From an uncultured delta proteobacterium (GTDB lineage: Bacteria; Desulfobacterota; Zymogenia; Zymogenales; Zymogenaceae): 64,000 bases of DNA. Position 1 is the stretch's first letter; each line of letters starts with the position of its first letter. Shown here piece by piece: positions 43,074 through 52,713 of the stretch. The stretch lies in the NCBI GenBank assembly GCA_963735595.1, contig CAVTLK010000002.1, positions 160,001-224,000 on the forward strand, in the 5' to 3' direction. The position numbers and the translations under genes were made by a program. The notes below the pieces were generated by a model. The model saw nothing but the letters and a program-made list of their open reading frames with translations, was not told the origin of the DNA and ran no database searches.

Positions 43074-46000
43074 ATGAAGCGGGTGTTAGTTGTCGGAAAG
43101 TCGAAGTCCGCTACCGCTCAACTGAAACGTACCCTGACCTCCCTTGATTACGACGTGGCCGGGGTAGCCATGACCGGGGCGGCGGCACTCCTTAAAGTGG
43201 AGAGCCTCGCGCCCGACATCGTCCTTATAGATGCGGCCATTCCCGGAGAAATAGACGGAATCGATACGGCACGGCTGGTACAGGAAGGCCTTAGTACACC
43301 CGCTTTTCTCCTCGTAGATCATGCGGATGAGCAATCGATATCTCGCCTAAACCAAGCAAAACTATACAAATACTTCGTCAAACCGGTTAAAAAGGAAGAG
43401 CTAAAAGCCGGCATTGAGGACGCGCTCAAGAAATGGGAGACGAAAAGGGATATACCCAGGCTGTACGAGGAACTGGTCGAAAATACCTATGATCTGATCC
43501 ACGTACAGGACGGAGACGGGAATATTACGTTTATCAACAACGCGGTTACCGAAACGCTCGGATACTCTTACAAGGAAATCGTCGGAAAAAACGTAAAGGA
43601 TATCGTAACCTCCGAAACCTTTCGGCTGTTGAGGGATATACTCAAGAGGCGGCTCGCGGGAGAAGGCGCGCATGCATTTGAGATGCAGGTCTATGATAAA
43701 CAGGGTAACCTCAAGACCCTTGAGACTCGTGAACGACTCATATGGGAGGGTAATCGGATTGTCGAGATCCAGGGAATCTCGCGCGACATCACCGAACGAA
43801 AGCGTATCGAGAATGATCTGCTGCTGCTCAATCGTCTCAAGGAACAGCTCCTCGTCCCGCACGGCCCTTTCGAAAAGCTGAAGCTCATCACCGATAAGAT
43901 CGTCGAGATATTCAACGCCGATTTCGCTCGAATATGGATGGTCGGCCCCGGCGATCTCTGTGATAGAGGGTGCTATCACGCGGGCGCCGGAGAAGGTCCC
44001 CATACATGCCGTGATCGAAGCCGCTGCCTTCACCTGGTGGCCAGTTCGGGTCGGTATACGCATATCGACGGCAAGCAACACCGGCGCGTGCCGTTGGGTG
44101 CCTATAAGATCGGCCGGGTCGCATCGGGCCGGGATCTTAAATTCCTGACCAACGACGTGCCCCATGATCCGCGGGTGCACGATCATGCCTGGGCCAAAAA
44201 AATAGGCCTGGTCTCCTTTGCCGGGTACCGGCTTCTCTCGAAAGAAGGGGAGCCCATCGGCGTTTTGGCGCTTTTCGGTACGCACCCCATCTCCCCGCAG
44301 GAAGATGCCCTCCTGGAGGATCTGGCAAACACGACCGCCCAGGTTATCCAATCGTCCCTCGCCGAGGAGATCCTCCGGGAATCGGAGGAACGATACCGAG
44401 CCCTCTTCGAGAACGCCGCATTCGGTATTTTTCGCACACTTCCCGAGGGTAGGTTTTTGAAGGTTAACACAGCCTTCGCCAGGATGCTGGGTTATGAATC
44501 GTCAGATGAAATGATTTCATCGGTAAAAGATGTTTCAAGTGATATCTATCTGAAGCCCGGGAGCCGGAACAAGGTATTGGGTGAGATTACCCAAAGACGC
44601 GGGTGGGGGATCTTCGAAGAGCGTTTCCGACGCAAGGACGGCTCCGATATCTTCGTTAAACTGCATATACGTCCGGTGTACGGACCCGATAACGCCTTCC
44701 AATATCTCGAGGGGTTCGTCGAGGACATTACCGAAAGGAAGCGGGCGGAGGAGGCTACGCGGAGAGACCAACAGCTCAAGGATAAGATTCTTCAAACCGC
44801 TGCTGTGGCGATTGCCTTTGCCGAGAACAGGAAGATAAACTGGGGTAACGCGGCAATGGAACAGACCTTTGGCTTCTCGGACGCGAGTGAGTATATTGGG
44901 AAGGATATCTCAATCCTCTACGCTTCGGATGAGGAGTATCAGCGCATCGGGAAGCTGGTCTACGGGGGAGGGGGATCCGGGGCGATTATCGAGGCGGTGG
45001 CGAGGCTCAGGCGGGCCGACTCGACTGAATTTCTCGGGCTTTTACGGGCCAGCATTGTTGACCCGGCCGAACCCCTCAAAGAGGCCGTTGTCAGTTACCT
45101 GGATATAACGGAAAAGACAAAGGCGGAGGAGGCTATACGCAGAGACCAGCAGCTTAAAGAGAAGATACTTCAAACCGCTACCGTAGGGATCGCCTTTGCC
45201 GAGAACAGGAAAATAACCTGGGCCAACGCGGCGATGGAACAGACCTTCGGCTTCTCTAACGCCGCTGAATATGTCGGAAAGGATACCTCCATCCTCTATG
45301 CGTCGGACGAGGAATATGAACGTATTGGAAAGCTGGCTTATGAAGGGCTAAAATCCGGGGAGATCATCGAGGCCGTCGCGGGATTCAGGCGGGCTGACTC
45401 GACTGAGTTTCTCGGGCTTGTACGGGTCAGTTTTGTCTATCCCACCGACCCCCTCAGGGAGATCGTCGTCAGCATCTCGGATATCACGGCAAAGACGGAG
45501 GCGGAAGAGGCCCTCAGGGAGAGCGAACGGCGCTACCGCTTACTTGCCGAAAATGCAGACGATATAATTTTCATGATGAATGCCGACCTCAAATTCACCT
45601 ACATCAGCCCCTCGGTTACCCGGATACGCGGATTTACGGTCGAGGAGGCGATGACCCAGACGATAGAGGAGGCGCTCACGCCGGATTCGCTGAAGGTGAT
45701 GATGAGTCATTTCGAACAGGGGATAGCGGCGGAGGCCGACGGAACCGATGACCGTGTCTATACACAGAGAATCGAGCTGGAAGAGACGTGTAAAGACGGC
45801 TCTACAATCTGGACCGAGACTATGGTTTCGGTCTTGAGAGACGAGAATGATACGTTTTCCGGCCTGCTCGGCATTACCCGCGAGATCACCGAGCGCAGGC
45901 AGGCCGAAGTTGCGCTGGCGGAATCCGAAGAAAAATATCGGATGGTCGTGGAAAACGCCTACGAGGGTATAGCGGTCATACAGGAGAATGTCCTTGTATT

Positions 46001-48137
46001 CGCCAACAGGAGGCTCCTGGATATATTCGGCTATACCGAGGAGGAATTCCTGGGTAAAAGCTACAATGATTTTCTGGTCGCCGACGATCAGGGAGAAGCC
46101 GATGCCGAATACCACCGTAAAGTCTCCGGAGGCGGTTATTCATACCTTTCGCTCCTGCGGATCATCACCAAGGAGGGAGAAGTCAGATGGACGGAAGTCA
46201 GCGGAATCCAGATTCCGTGGGAAGGCAAGCCCGCACTTATCATCTTTGTTCGTGACGTCACCGAGCGGAAAGCAATCGAGCAGGCGCTGATTCAGAGCGA
46301 GGCAAAATACCGCGATTTGATCGAAAACGCCATTGACCTTATTTTTACCGTCGATACGGAAGGGAATTTTCTCGAAGTCAACGAATCGCTGTTGCGGGAT
46401 ACCGGTTATTCAAAGCAGGATATTGTATCGACAGGCTTCAGGGATTTCGTCCATCCCGAGGATGCAGGTATCGCCCTTGACGCCTATGAGAAGGGCAGGC
46501 AGGGATTACCCCACGAATTCGAGATGAGGGGGAAGAAGAAAGCCGGAACGTACGGCTGGTATTCGTTCGTCATCAGGCCGATCTTCGACATAAACGGTGC
46601 CGTTGAGTACGTGCACTGTATAGCACGCAATATCACCGACCGTAAAACGGCCGAGGAGGCCCTGATCGATTCGGAAAAGAAATTCAGGGGCGTGTTCGAG
46701 ATGTCCCGGGACTTCATGTTTATCTCCTCACTTTCCGGGGAGATACTGGACTATAACCCTCAGGCGAAGGGCTTCTTTGGGTACACTGACGAGGAGATCA
46801 AGAAGACCAATATTATAGATATTTACGCGAATCCCAATGAAAGGGACGCAGTGCTTGCGAAGCTCATGGCAGAGGGTTTCGTGGAGAATTACGAGATCAG
46901 TCTGAAAAGGAAGGACGGCTCGATTATAGACGCGCTGGTGACTGCGACGGTGCAAAGAGACAGACAGGGAGACATTACCGGTTTCCAGGGATCGGCCAGG
47001 GATATCACTCAAATGAAGCGGATGGAACGTCAATTACTTCAAGCCGAGAAGCTTTCGGGCCTGGGCACGATGATTTCCGGGGTGGCCCACGAAATAAACA
47101 ACCCTCTGACGGCGATAATGGGCAACGCCGAGCTCATGCTGATGAACGATTCCGCTGACTCCAATGACAGGAGGTCATTGGAGGTAATCCTCCACGAGTC
47201 GGAGCGGGCGGCTAAGATTGTCGGCGGCCTGCTTACGTTTGCGCGGGAGCATACTCCGGAACGCAGGATGATCAGCGTCAACGATGTCATCATGGAGGCG
47301 CATCGGTTGAGAGAGTATAGCCTGCGCGTCAGCAACATAAAGACGGAGCTATTCCTCTCCGACGATCTGCCGCTTACTTTTGCCGACCCTTACCAGCTCC
47401 AGCAGGTATTTTCCAATATCATGAACAACGCGCGCGACGCACTCATGGACGTGGGGGGGGGGGGGACGCTCACCATCAGGACCTTACGTAACGGCGCGAA
47501 GCTCCTCATCGAGTTAGAGGACGACGGCACGGGGATCACCACCGAAAATATGCAAAAGATATTCGATCCCTTTTTCACGACGAAGGATATTGGGAAAGGA
47601 ACGGGATTGGGCCTTTCCATCGCCTACGGAATCGTTGAAGAGCATAACGGGAAAATCGAAATCGAAAGCCGGCAGGGCAGGGGCGCCAAATTTACGGTTG
47701 AATTACCCATTGTTGACAGGGCCGAACGCGCAATGACAAGGGTTCCCGCGGAGCCAAAGGTCATAACGGGCGGGAGATCGATACTTATTGTTGACGACGA
47801 AAGAGACGTGTTGGAATTTGTATCACGTGCCCTGGCCCAGTACGGTTATGTTATCCAGACGGCTTCAACCGCCGAAGAAGCCCTGGCATTGATGTATACG
47901 CAGGCGTTTGACGCCGTCGTTGCGGATATCAAGATGCCCGGTATGGGAGGAAAAGAGATGTATGCATACGTCAGGGAGCATATGCCGGGCGCGGCGGAAA
48001 AAATACTGTTCATTACGGGGGATATTCTGGGTGATGAGACTCAGGCCTTTATTGCGGACACCGGCAACATGTGTATCAAAAAACCGTTCAAGATAGGGGA
48101 ATTTGTCGCCAGGCTCAACGAACTCATCATTCCATGA
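43074..48137 (+). CDS. cytoplasmic hybrid histidine kinase REC-PAS-GAF-(PAS)7-HisKA-HATPase-REC
   Basis: Repeated DITERK PAS/PAC ends, GVAHEINNPL H-box, DPFFTTK/GTGLGLS G-boxes, intact C-terminal REC; no TM segment. Confidence 0.93.
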   Translation: MKRVLVVGKSKSATAQLKRTLTSLDYDVAGVAMTGAAALLKVESLAPDIVLIDAAIPGEIDGIDTARLVQEGLSTPAFLLVDHADEQSISRLNQAKLYKYFVKPVKKEELKAGIEDALKKWETKRDIPRLYEELVENTYDLIHVQDGDGNITFINNAVTETLGYSYKEIVGKNVKDIVTSETFRLLRDILKRRLAGEGAHAFEMQVYDKQGNLKTLETRERLIWEGNRIVEIQGISRDITERKRIENDLLLLNRLKEQLLVPHGPFEKLKLITDKIVEIFNADFARIWMVGPGDLCDRGCYHAGAGEGPHTCRDRSRCLHLVASSGRYTHIDGKQHRRVPLGAYKIGRVASGRDLKFLTNDVPHDPRVHDHAWAKKIGLVSFAGYRLLSKEGEPIGVLALFGTHPISPQEDALLEDLANTTAQVIQSSLAEEILRESEERYRALFENAAFGIFRTLPEGRFLKVNTAFARMLGYESSDEMISSVKDVSSDIYLKPGSRNKVLGEITQRRGWGIFEERFRRKDGSDIFVKLHIRPVYGPDNAFQYLEGFVEDITERKRAEEATRRDQQLKDKILQTAAVAIAFAENRKINWGNAAMEQTFGFSDASEYIGKDISILYASDEEYQRIGKLVYGGGGSGAIIEAVARLRRADSTEFLGLLRASIVDPAEPLKEAVVSYLDITEKTKAEEAIRRDQQLKEKILQTATVGIAFAENRKITWANAAMEQTFGFSNAAEYVGKDTSILYASDEEYERIGKLAYEGLKSGEIIEAVAGFRRADSTEFLGLVRVSFVYPTDPLREIVVSISDITAKTEAEEALRESERRYRLLAENADDIIFMMNADLKFTYISPSVTRIRGFTVEEAMTQTIEEALTPDSLKVMMSHFEQGIAAEADGTDDRVYTQRIELEETCKDGSTIWTETMVSVLRDENDTFSGLLGITREITERRQAEVALAESEEKYRMVVENAYEGIAVIQENVLVFANRRLLDIFGYTEEEFLGKSYNDFLVADDQGEADAEYHRKVSGGGYSYLSLLRIITKEGEVRWTEVSGIQIPWEGKPALIIFVRDVTERKAIEQALIQSEAKYRDLIENAIDLIFTVDTEGNFLEVNESLLRDTGYSKQDIVSTGFRDFVHPEDAGIALDAYEKGRQGLPHEFEMRGKKKAGTYGWYSFVIRPIFDINGAVEYVHCIARNITDRKTAEEALIDSEKKFRGVFEMSRDFMFISSLSGEILDYNPQAKGFFGYTDEEIKKTNIIDIYANPNERDAVLAKLMAEGFVENYEISLKRKDGSIIDALVTATVQRDRQGDITGFQGSARDITQMKRMERQLLQAEKLSGLGTMISGVAHEINNPLTAIMGNAELMLMNDSADSNDRRSLEVILHESERAAKIVGGLLTFAREHTPERRMISVNDVIMEAHRLREYSLRVSNIKTELFLSDDLPLTFADPYQLQQVFSNIMNNARDALMDVGGGGTLTIRTLRNGAKLLIELEDDGTGITTENMQKIFDPFFTTKDIGKGTGLGLSIAYGIVEEHNGKIEIESRQGRGAKFTVELPIVDRAERAMTRVPAEPKVITGGRSILIVDDERDVLEFVSRALAQYGYVIQTASTAEEALALMYTQAFDAVVADIKMPGMGGKEMYAYVREHMPGAAEKILFITGDILGDETQAFIADTGNMCIKKPFKIGEFVARLNELIIP
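44745..45500 (+). repeat. tandem duplication of a 378-bp PAS unit
   Basis: AEEA(T/I)RRDQQLK(D/E)KILQTA...NAAMEQTFGFS...RRADSTEFLGL occurs at 44745 and 45123. Confidence 0.9.
47453..47465 (+). repeat. G13 homopolymer within the kinase HATPase domain
   Basis: GTG GGG GGG GGG GGG ACG (VGGGGT), currently in frame. Confidence 0.85.
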
Positions 48138-48172
48138 ACTGCGTCCCACGAGGGAAAGGCAATAATAGAAAA

Positions 48173-48200
48173 AAACGGGGTGGATATATCCACCCCGTTT
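48173..48200. terminator. bidirectional terminator (perfect 28-bp palindrome)
   Basis: aaacggggtggata|tatccaccccgttt between convergent genes. Confidence 0.85.
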
Positions 48201-48220
48201 CGATTTCGTGACCGTCCTGA

Positions 48221-49915
48221 CTATTTTCTCAGACGTTTCTTGTCGAGTTTACCCACGGCCGTCAGCGGCAGCGCGTCCATAAATTCAATGACCTTGGGCA
48301 CTTCGTATGGTGAGAGCTTCTCCTTGGCGTACTTATCGATATCCTTTTTGACGGCCTCGCGGTCGCCCGCGGCGAACTCGGGCTTAAGCTGAATGTAGGC
48401 CTTGACGAACTCGGAGCCTGGCCGATCCGGATTGGGAACGCCTATCATCGCGGCCATGTCGACGGCGGGGTGGCGGGACAACACGTCTTCGACCTTAACC
48501 GAGAAGACCTTAAATCCGCCGACGATGATCATGTCTTTGGTTCGGTCGACAATCCGCAGGTAGCCCTCGTCGTCCATAATTACCACGTCGCCGGTGTGCA
48601 TGTAGCCGTCCTTGTCCACGGCGTTCTTGGTCTCATCGGGTTTCTTGTAGTAGCCAACCATTATCATCGGTCCCTTGACCCACAGTTCACCGGGCTTGCC
48701 GTGTTCGGCCTCCTTACCGGTGGCAGGATCGACCAGCTTGACTTCCGTATTGAGTATCGGAAGGCCGATCGTACCGAGCTTCTTCTTACCCTTGGAGGGG
48801 TTCATGACAGTCAGGGGCGAGGTCTCGGACATCCCGTATACCTCCAGGAGCTTGGACTTGCCTACGATGGATTCAAGCTCCTTCTGGGATTCCTCGGGGA
48901 ACGGCGAGGCCGCGGATATACAGACCTCAAGGTTGCTATGATCCAGCGACTTGAACTTCGGGGTGGAAATCAGCAGTTGGAAGAGGGACGGTACATTGAC
49001 AAGGGTAGTCGGGCGATACTTTGTCAGCTCGTTGCAGATGTGCATGGTGTCTCTTGGGTTCGCGATCAACACCTGGGTCCAGCCCAGGTATATGCAGTTC
49101 TCATTGAAGAAGAGTCCCGCGATGTGAAAAAACGGGAATCCCGACAGCGCCGGGCCCTTGCCCGGTTCCCAGGAAAGCCATTTCTGGACGATCAACAGGT
49201 CGGCGACGGCGTTGCGATGCGAGAGCATCGCTCCCTTGGGTGCGCCGGTAGTGCCGCCGGTATACTGTATATAGGCGATGTCGTTGGGTGTTATCTTTAC
49301 GCCGGGGTCTTTGTCAGAGAAGGTCTTGGTCTTAATTACTTCTTCCATCCGATAGACGGTCTTTCCGGTAAGCGGCGTTACATCGCCGGTTGGGAACTTT
49401 TTAAGGAGCTTTCCAAGCACCCGCTTGGCCGGAGGGAGAAATCCCCCGATACTGGCCGCTACGATCACCGTGAGCTTCGGCAGTTTGTCGGCGATCTGGG
49501 TAACACGGGCCGCGAAGATAGCGTCCAGCGTAACAAGGCCCCTGGCATCCGAATCCTTGAGCTGGTACTCCATCTCTTCGGTGGACAGCAGCGGCGAAAC
49601 GCCGGAAACGACGCATCCGGCCTTGAGGGTCCCCAGCCAGGCAATAACGTATTCGGGGATGTTGGGAAGGTTAATGCCGACGACGTCTCCCTTCTTCAGT
49701 CCGGCGCGTATGAGCATGTCGGCGAAACGATTGGACAATGCGTCGAGTTCCTTGAACGTAATCTCGGTCCCCATGAAGGCCAGCGCGATCTTATCAGGGA
49801 ACCTGTTAAAAGTTGGCTTGACTGCGTCAACGAAATTGACCTCGAATAGTTTCGGGTCGAGATCGTTAAGCCCCTTGTCCCACGATTTTCTCCAAATCTG
49901 CTCCCTTGTTGCCAT
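48221..49915 (-). CDS. long-chain fatty acid--CoA ligase (copy 2)
   Basis: Start MATREQIW with GGGAGG RBS gives 564 aa, the same length and motifs as copy 1. Confidence 0.92.
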   Translation of the reverse strand: MATREQIWRKSWDKGLNDLDPKLFEVNFVDAVKPTFNRFPDKIALAFMGTEITFKELDALSNRFADMLIRAGLKKGDVVGINLPNIPEYVIAWLGTLKAGCVVSGVSPLLSTEEMEYQLKDSDARGLVTLDAIFAARVTQIADKLPKLTVIVAASIGGFLPPAKRVLGKLLKKFPTGDVTPLTGKTVYRMEEVIKTKTFSDKDPGVKITPNDIAYIQYTGGTTGAPKGAMLSHRNAVADLLIVQKWLSWEPGKGPALSGFPFFHIAGLFFNENCIYLGWTQVLIANPRDTMHICNELTKYRPTTLVNVPSLFQLLISTPKFKSLDHSNLEVCISAASPFPEESQKELESIVGKSKLLEVYGMSETSPLTVMNPSKGKKKLGTIGLPILNTEVKLVDPATGKEAEHGKPGELWVKGPMIMVGYYKKPDETKNAVDKDGYMHTGDVVIMDDEGYLRIVDRTKDMIIVGGFKVFSVKVEDVLSRHPAVDMAAMIGVPNPDRPGSEFVKAYIQLKPEFAAGDREAVKKDIDKYAKEKLSPYEVPKVIEFMDALPLTAVGKLDKKRLRK

Positions 49916-50679
49916 AGAATTCCTCCCACTGGTGAGAATAAAGAAGATGATGGTTCTGCGTGCTTCACCCGGAACGTGAGCACGATGGTAACGCGTCTCC
50001 CTGAATTTCCGTAGCGAAAAGGAAAGGTGACACCGCGGTAATCGGTCATTCCGGAGTCGGGTCAATAAGAGTAGAATAAGGGGATAACAGCGGGTGGAAT
50101 ATAGAGCCGCTTCCGACGTAGCCGCGTGTGGGAACGATAACCTATTTTAACGAGGACGTCAAGCCCTTTATCCCTGAATGTCACCATCTATACGCTTAGG
50201 ACTCAAGGCCGGGGCGGCTGAAGACACGGCCTGGCCGTCTTGATTATGGGAGGCCCTTTGCGTTAGCGTCGCTTGATCGGATACGTATCGGAAAGATCTC
50301 AATCCGCCACTCACTGTAAGGTCGGCTGGGCAGGTGGATCGGAGGGGTACTCCTGTCATTGAGGCGATGGAGAGGCAACTGACGGATGAACAATATCGGT
50401 GACGGGAGTCTCACGACCGTCAATCACGGGACATACAGGCACTTAAAATGGATACCGTATATAAAACCGCGGTACCACCGTTGCGGATTAAGACGTGTAT
50501 ATCGGTGCTGGAGCAGACACTGCGACCGGATGTACCGGGGCGGTAGAGATGGGGAGGCCGCCTAAAGTGGATTATCCGTTTTTCGTCTCGAGAGGAATCG
50601 GTACATCGAAGTGCCCCTGTGCAGAGGCACTAATGGACCTACAATCAGACCGAGAACGCGAAAGGCTTGCCCGCCTGTC

Positions 50680-51696
50680 TTACTGGCCCTCCATCGCCGT
50701 GCAGGCGTCTACTATTTTCAGGTCACACGCGGACTTGAAATCCTTTCTGGCCTCTTCTTTTTTGTTCAATTTAAGGTAGCTAACGCCCCGATTCCAGTAG
50801 GATTGGGCGAACTTTGAGTTAAGGCTTATGGCCTTGGTATAATCGGTAATGGCGCTGTCATAGTTGCCCATCTCGTAATATACGACGCCTCGGTTGTTAT
50901 AGACGATATAGTCATTAGGGGCAAGGGATATCGTCTTGTTATAGTCGGCTAACGCCTCCTTGTGTTTGCCCTGTTTCCAGTAGACGACTCCCCTGTTATT
51001 ATAGGCGGGCGCCGAGTTTGGCTCTATAGACAAGAGCTTGTTATAATCGGCGAGCGCTTCCTTATATTTCTGCATATTTCTGTAGGCCAGACCACGGAAG
51101 AGGTAGGCATCGGTCATCTTCGGCTCAAGCTCTATGGTTCGGTTGAAGAAGCTGACGGCGTTTTCATAGTCTCCCTTATCGACGAAATCGGTAGCGATCT
51201 TAAACCAATCGGCAGCGGTTCGGTTTTCTATACCTCCTTCGCCGCCGGAGGTGATCCCGCCGAGGGTCGAGGCGATGTGGTTGCAGGCCTTTTCAAGACC
51301 GAAATCGCAAGCCCTCTTGAAATCGGCCTCCGCCTCCTTTAGGCTGCCCATCTTTTCGTAAGTGAGCCCCCGCTGGTAGTACATCGAGCGGTTGGTTTTA
51401 TTCTTGTTGAGGAATTCGGTAAAATCCTTAACGGCGTTTTCATACTGCTCGGTGTGGAAATATGACATTCCCCGCATCCTGTAGGGCTCGGGCTCCGGAT
51501 TGGTTTTGATATACTCAGTCAGACACGAGATGCAGGCGTCATACTTCTTACTGTCGAAAAGGAGGGAGCATTCTTCAAACGATTTGGCCTTTGACGACGG
51601 GGCATAGCTGATATATAAAAAAAAGGAGAGCGAGGCGACGGCGATTGCGCTCAGGATAAGCAGTAACCTCTTCTTCCTTTTATCTTCTTTTGCCAT
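50680..51696 (-). CDS. membrane-anchored tetratricopeptide-repeat protein
   Basis: N-terminal basic+TM segment, repeated AY..RG..Y TPRs, two ACDxGxxxAC-type caps. Confidence 0.9.
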   Translation of the reverse strand: MAKEDKRKKRLLLILSAIAVASLSFFLYISYAPSSKAKSFEECSLLFDSKKYDACISCLTEYIKTNPEPEPYRMRGMSYFHTEQYENAVKDFTEFLNKNKTNRSMYYQRGLTYEKMGSLKEAEADFKRACDFGLEKACNHIASTLGGITSGGEGGIENRTAADWFKIATDFVDKGDYENAVSFFNRTIELEPKMTDAYLFRGLAYRNMQKYKEALADYNKLLSIEPNSAPAYNNRGVVYWKQGKHKEALADYNKTISLAPNDYIVYNNRGVVYYEMGNYDSAITDYTKAISLNSKFAQSYWNRGVSYLKLNKKEEARKDFKSACDLKIVDACTAMEGQ

Positions 51697-52048
51697 TTCC
51701 TAATCCCCTTAAAGGTATATATCGGTGTTCAGGGCTGCCGGCCGCGGGTATACGGGATGCCTATCAGCATGGATATGCCGGATTGCCCCGTACAATTATA
51801 ATAACAATATGCCCGTAGGTCAAACATTTTGTACAACAATGTAAAACGGGGATACAATCACAGAGGATCGTACGAAATACCGATTCTGAGAAGGCGAGAA
51901 AATTTGTAGTATCACAAGACTATTTGCAGATATGCAATTATTTCGAACCACCGGTGATTTCCTATGATGACGTGCCGGCACCCTTAAAAAAACTATAATG
52001 ATATTATAGTGTTATGGAGGACAAACCAATACAGAGCGGTGGAGTTAA

Positions 52049-52064
52049 TGGCATGCTATTTGCT
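52049..52064 (+). promoter_or_regulatory. sigma54 promoter of pilin gene
   Basis: TGGCATGCTATTTGCT (GG-N10-GC) 36 nt before the ATG, with AT-rich upstream region. Confidence 0.8.
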
Positions 52065-52100
52065 TATTCTATTATCAATACATCGGGGAATTAAAAAACC

Positions 52101-52547
52101 ATGAAGATGAACCGAAAAAGGTCGGCATTAATAGGCAGGCGGTCCGGTTTTACGCTTATAGAATTGATGATCACCGTAATGGTTCTCACGATCCTCGCGT
52201 CATTCGCTATTCCTCTTTACGTCAACTACAAAGCCGGGGCTATGCAATCGGAGGCGAGGGTCCTTCTGGAAAGCCTCTGGACGAGTGAGATCTCCTACTA
52301 TTCAGACAAGAGCGTTTATACCGGGGATTATACCGTTTTAGGGACCGATCCTATACACGATTCCAAGTACTATAAGAATTGGGATCTTTTTTCCTATCCG
52401 GCGGCGACGCTGCAGGATTTCGTTGCGACCTGCTCGACAAACCTTGACCGCGATATCTTTATGGATACCTGGCTGGTATCTTCGGATACCACACTGACCT
52501 CCGGGGAAAAGATCATCAACACCTTCAATGACGTCCAGGATCGGTAG
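52101..52547 (+). CDS. type IVa pilin (PilA-like)
   Basis: Class III signal G|FTLIELM with E5 and P22; C-terminal NLDRD...DTW motif resembling deltaproteobacterial pilins. Confidence 0.9.
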   Translation: MKMNRKRSALIGRRSGFTLIELMITVMVLTILASFAIPLYVNYKAGAMQSEARVLLESLWTSEISYYSDKSVYTGDYTVLGTDPIHDSKYYKNWDLFSYPAATLQDFVATCSTNLDRDIFMDTWLVSSDTTLTSGEKIINTFNDVQDR

Positions 52548-52713
52548 AACCTTCTATCGCCCGGCCGTGGCCGGGCCGACATTGACGGTCGCCGTAATCT
52601 CCTTTTCGCCTCGCGGAAAGGAGATTACTATTATGGCACCGCTCCCTGATCAGATCATTGTAGTAACCATACGCAATGAGCTTTGCGCCGCTGTGGGCCC
52701 GATCATAGGGGGC

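Noticed and set aside
50220..50290. c-di-GMP-I riboswitch suggested by ACGCAAAG on the minus strand
   Set aside because: No GGCAAA/GNRA-capped P1 or matching P2 could be built.
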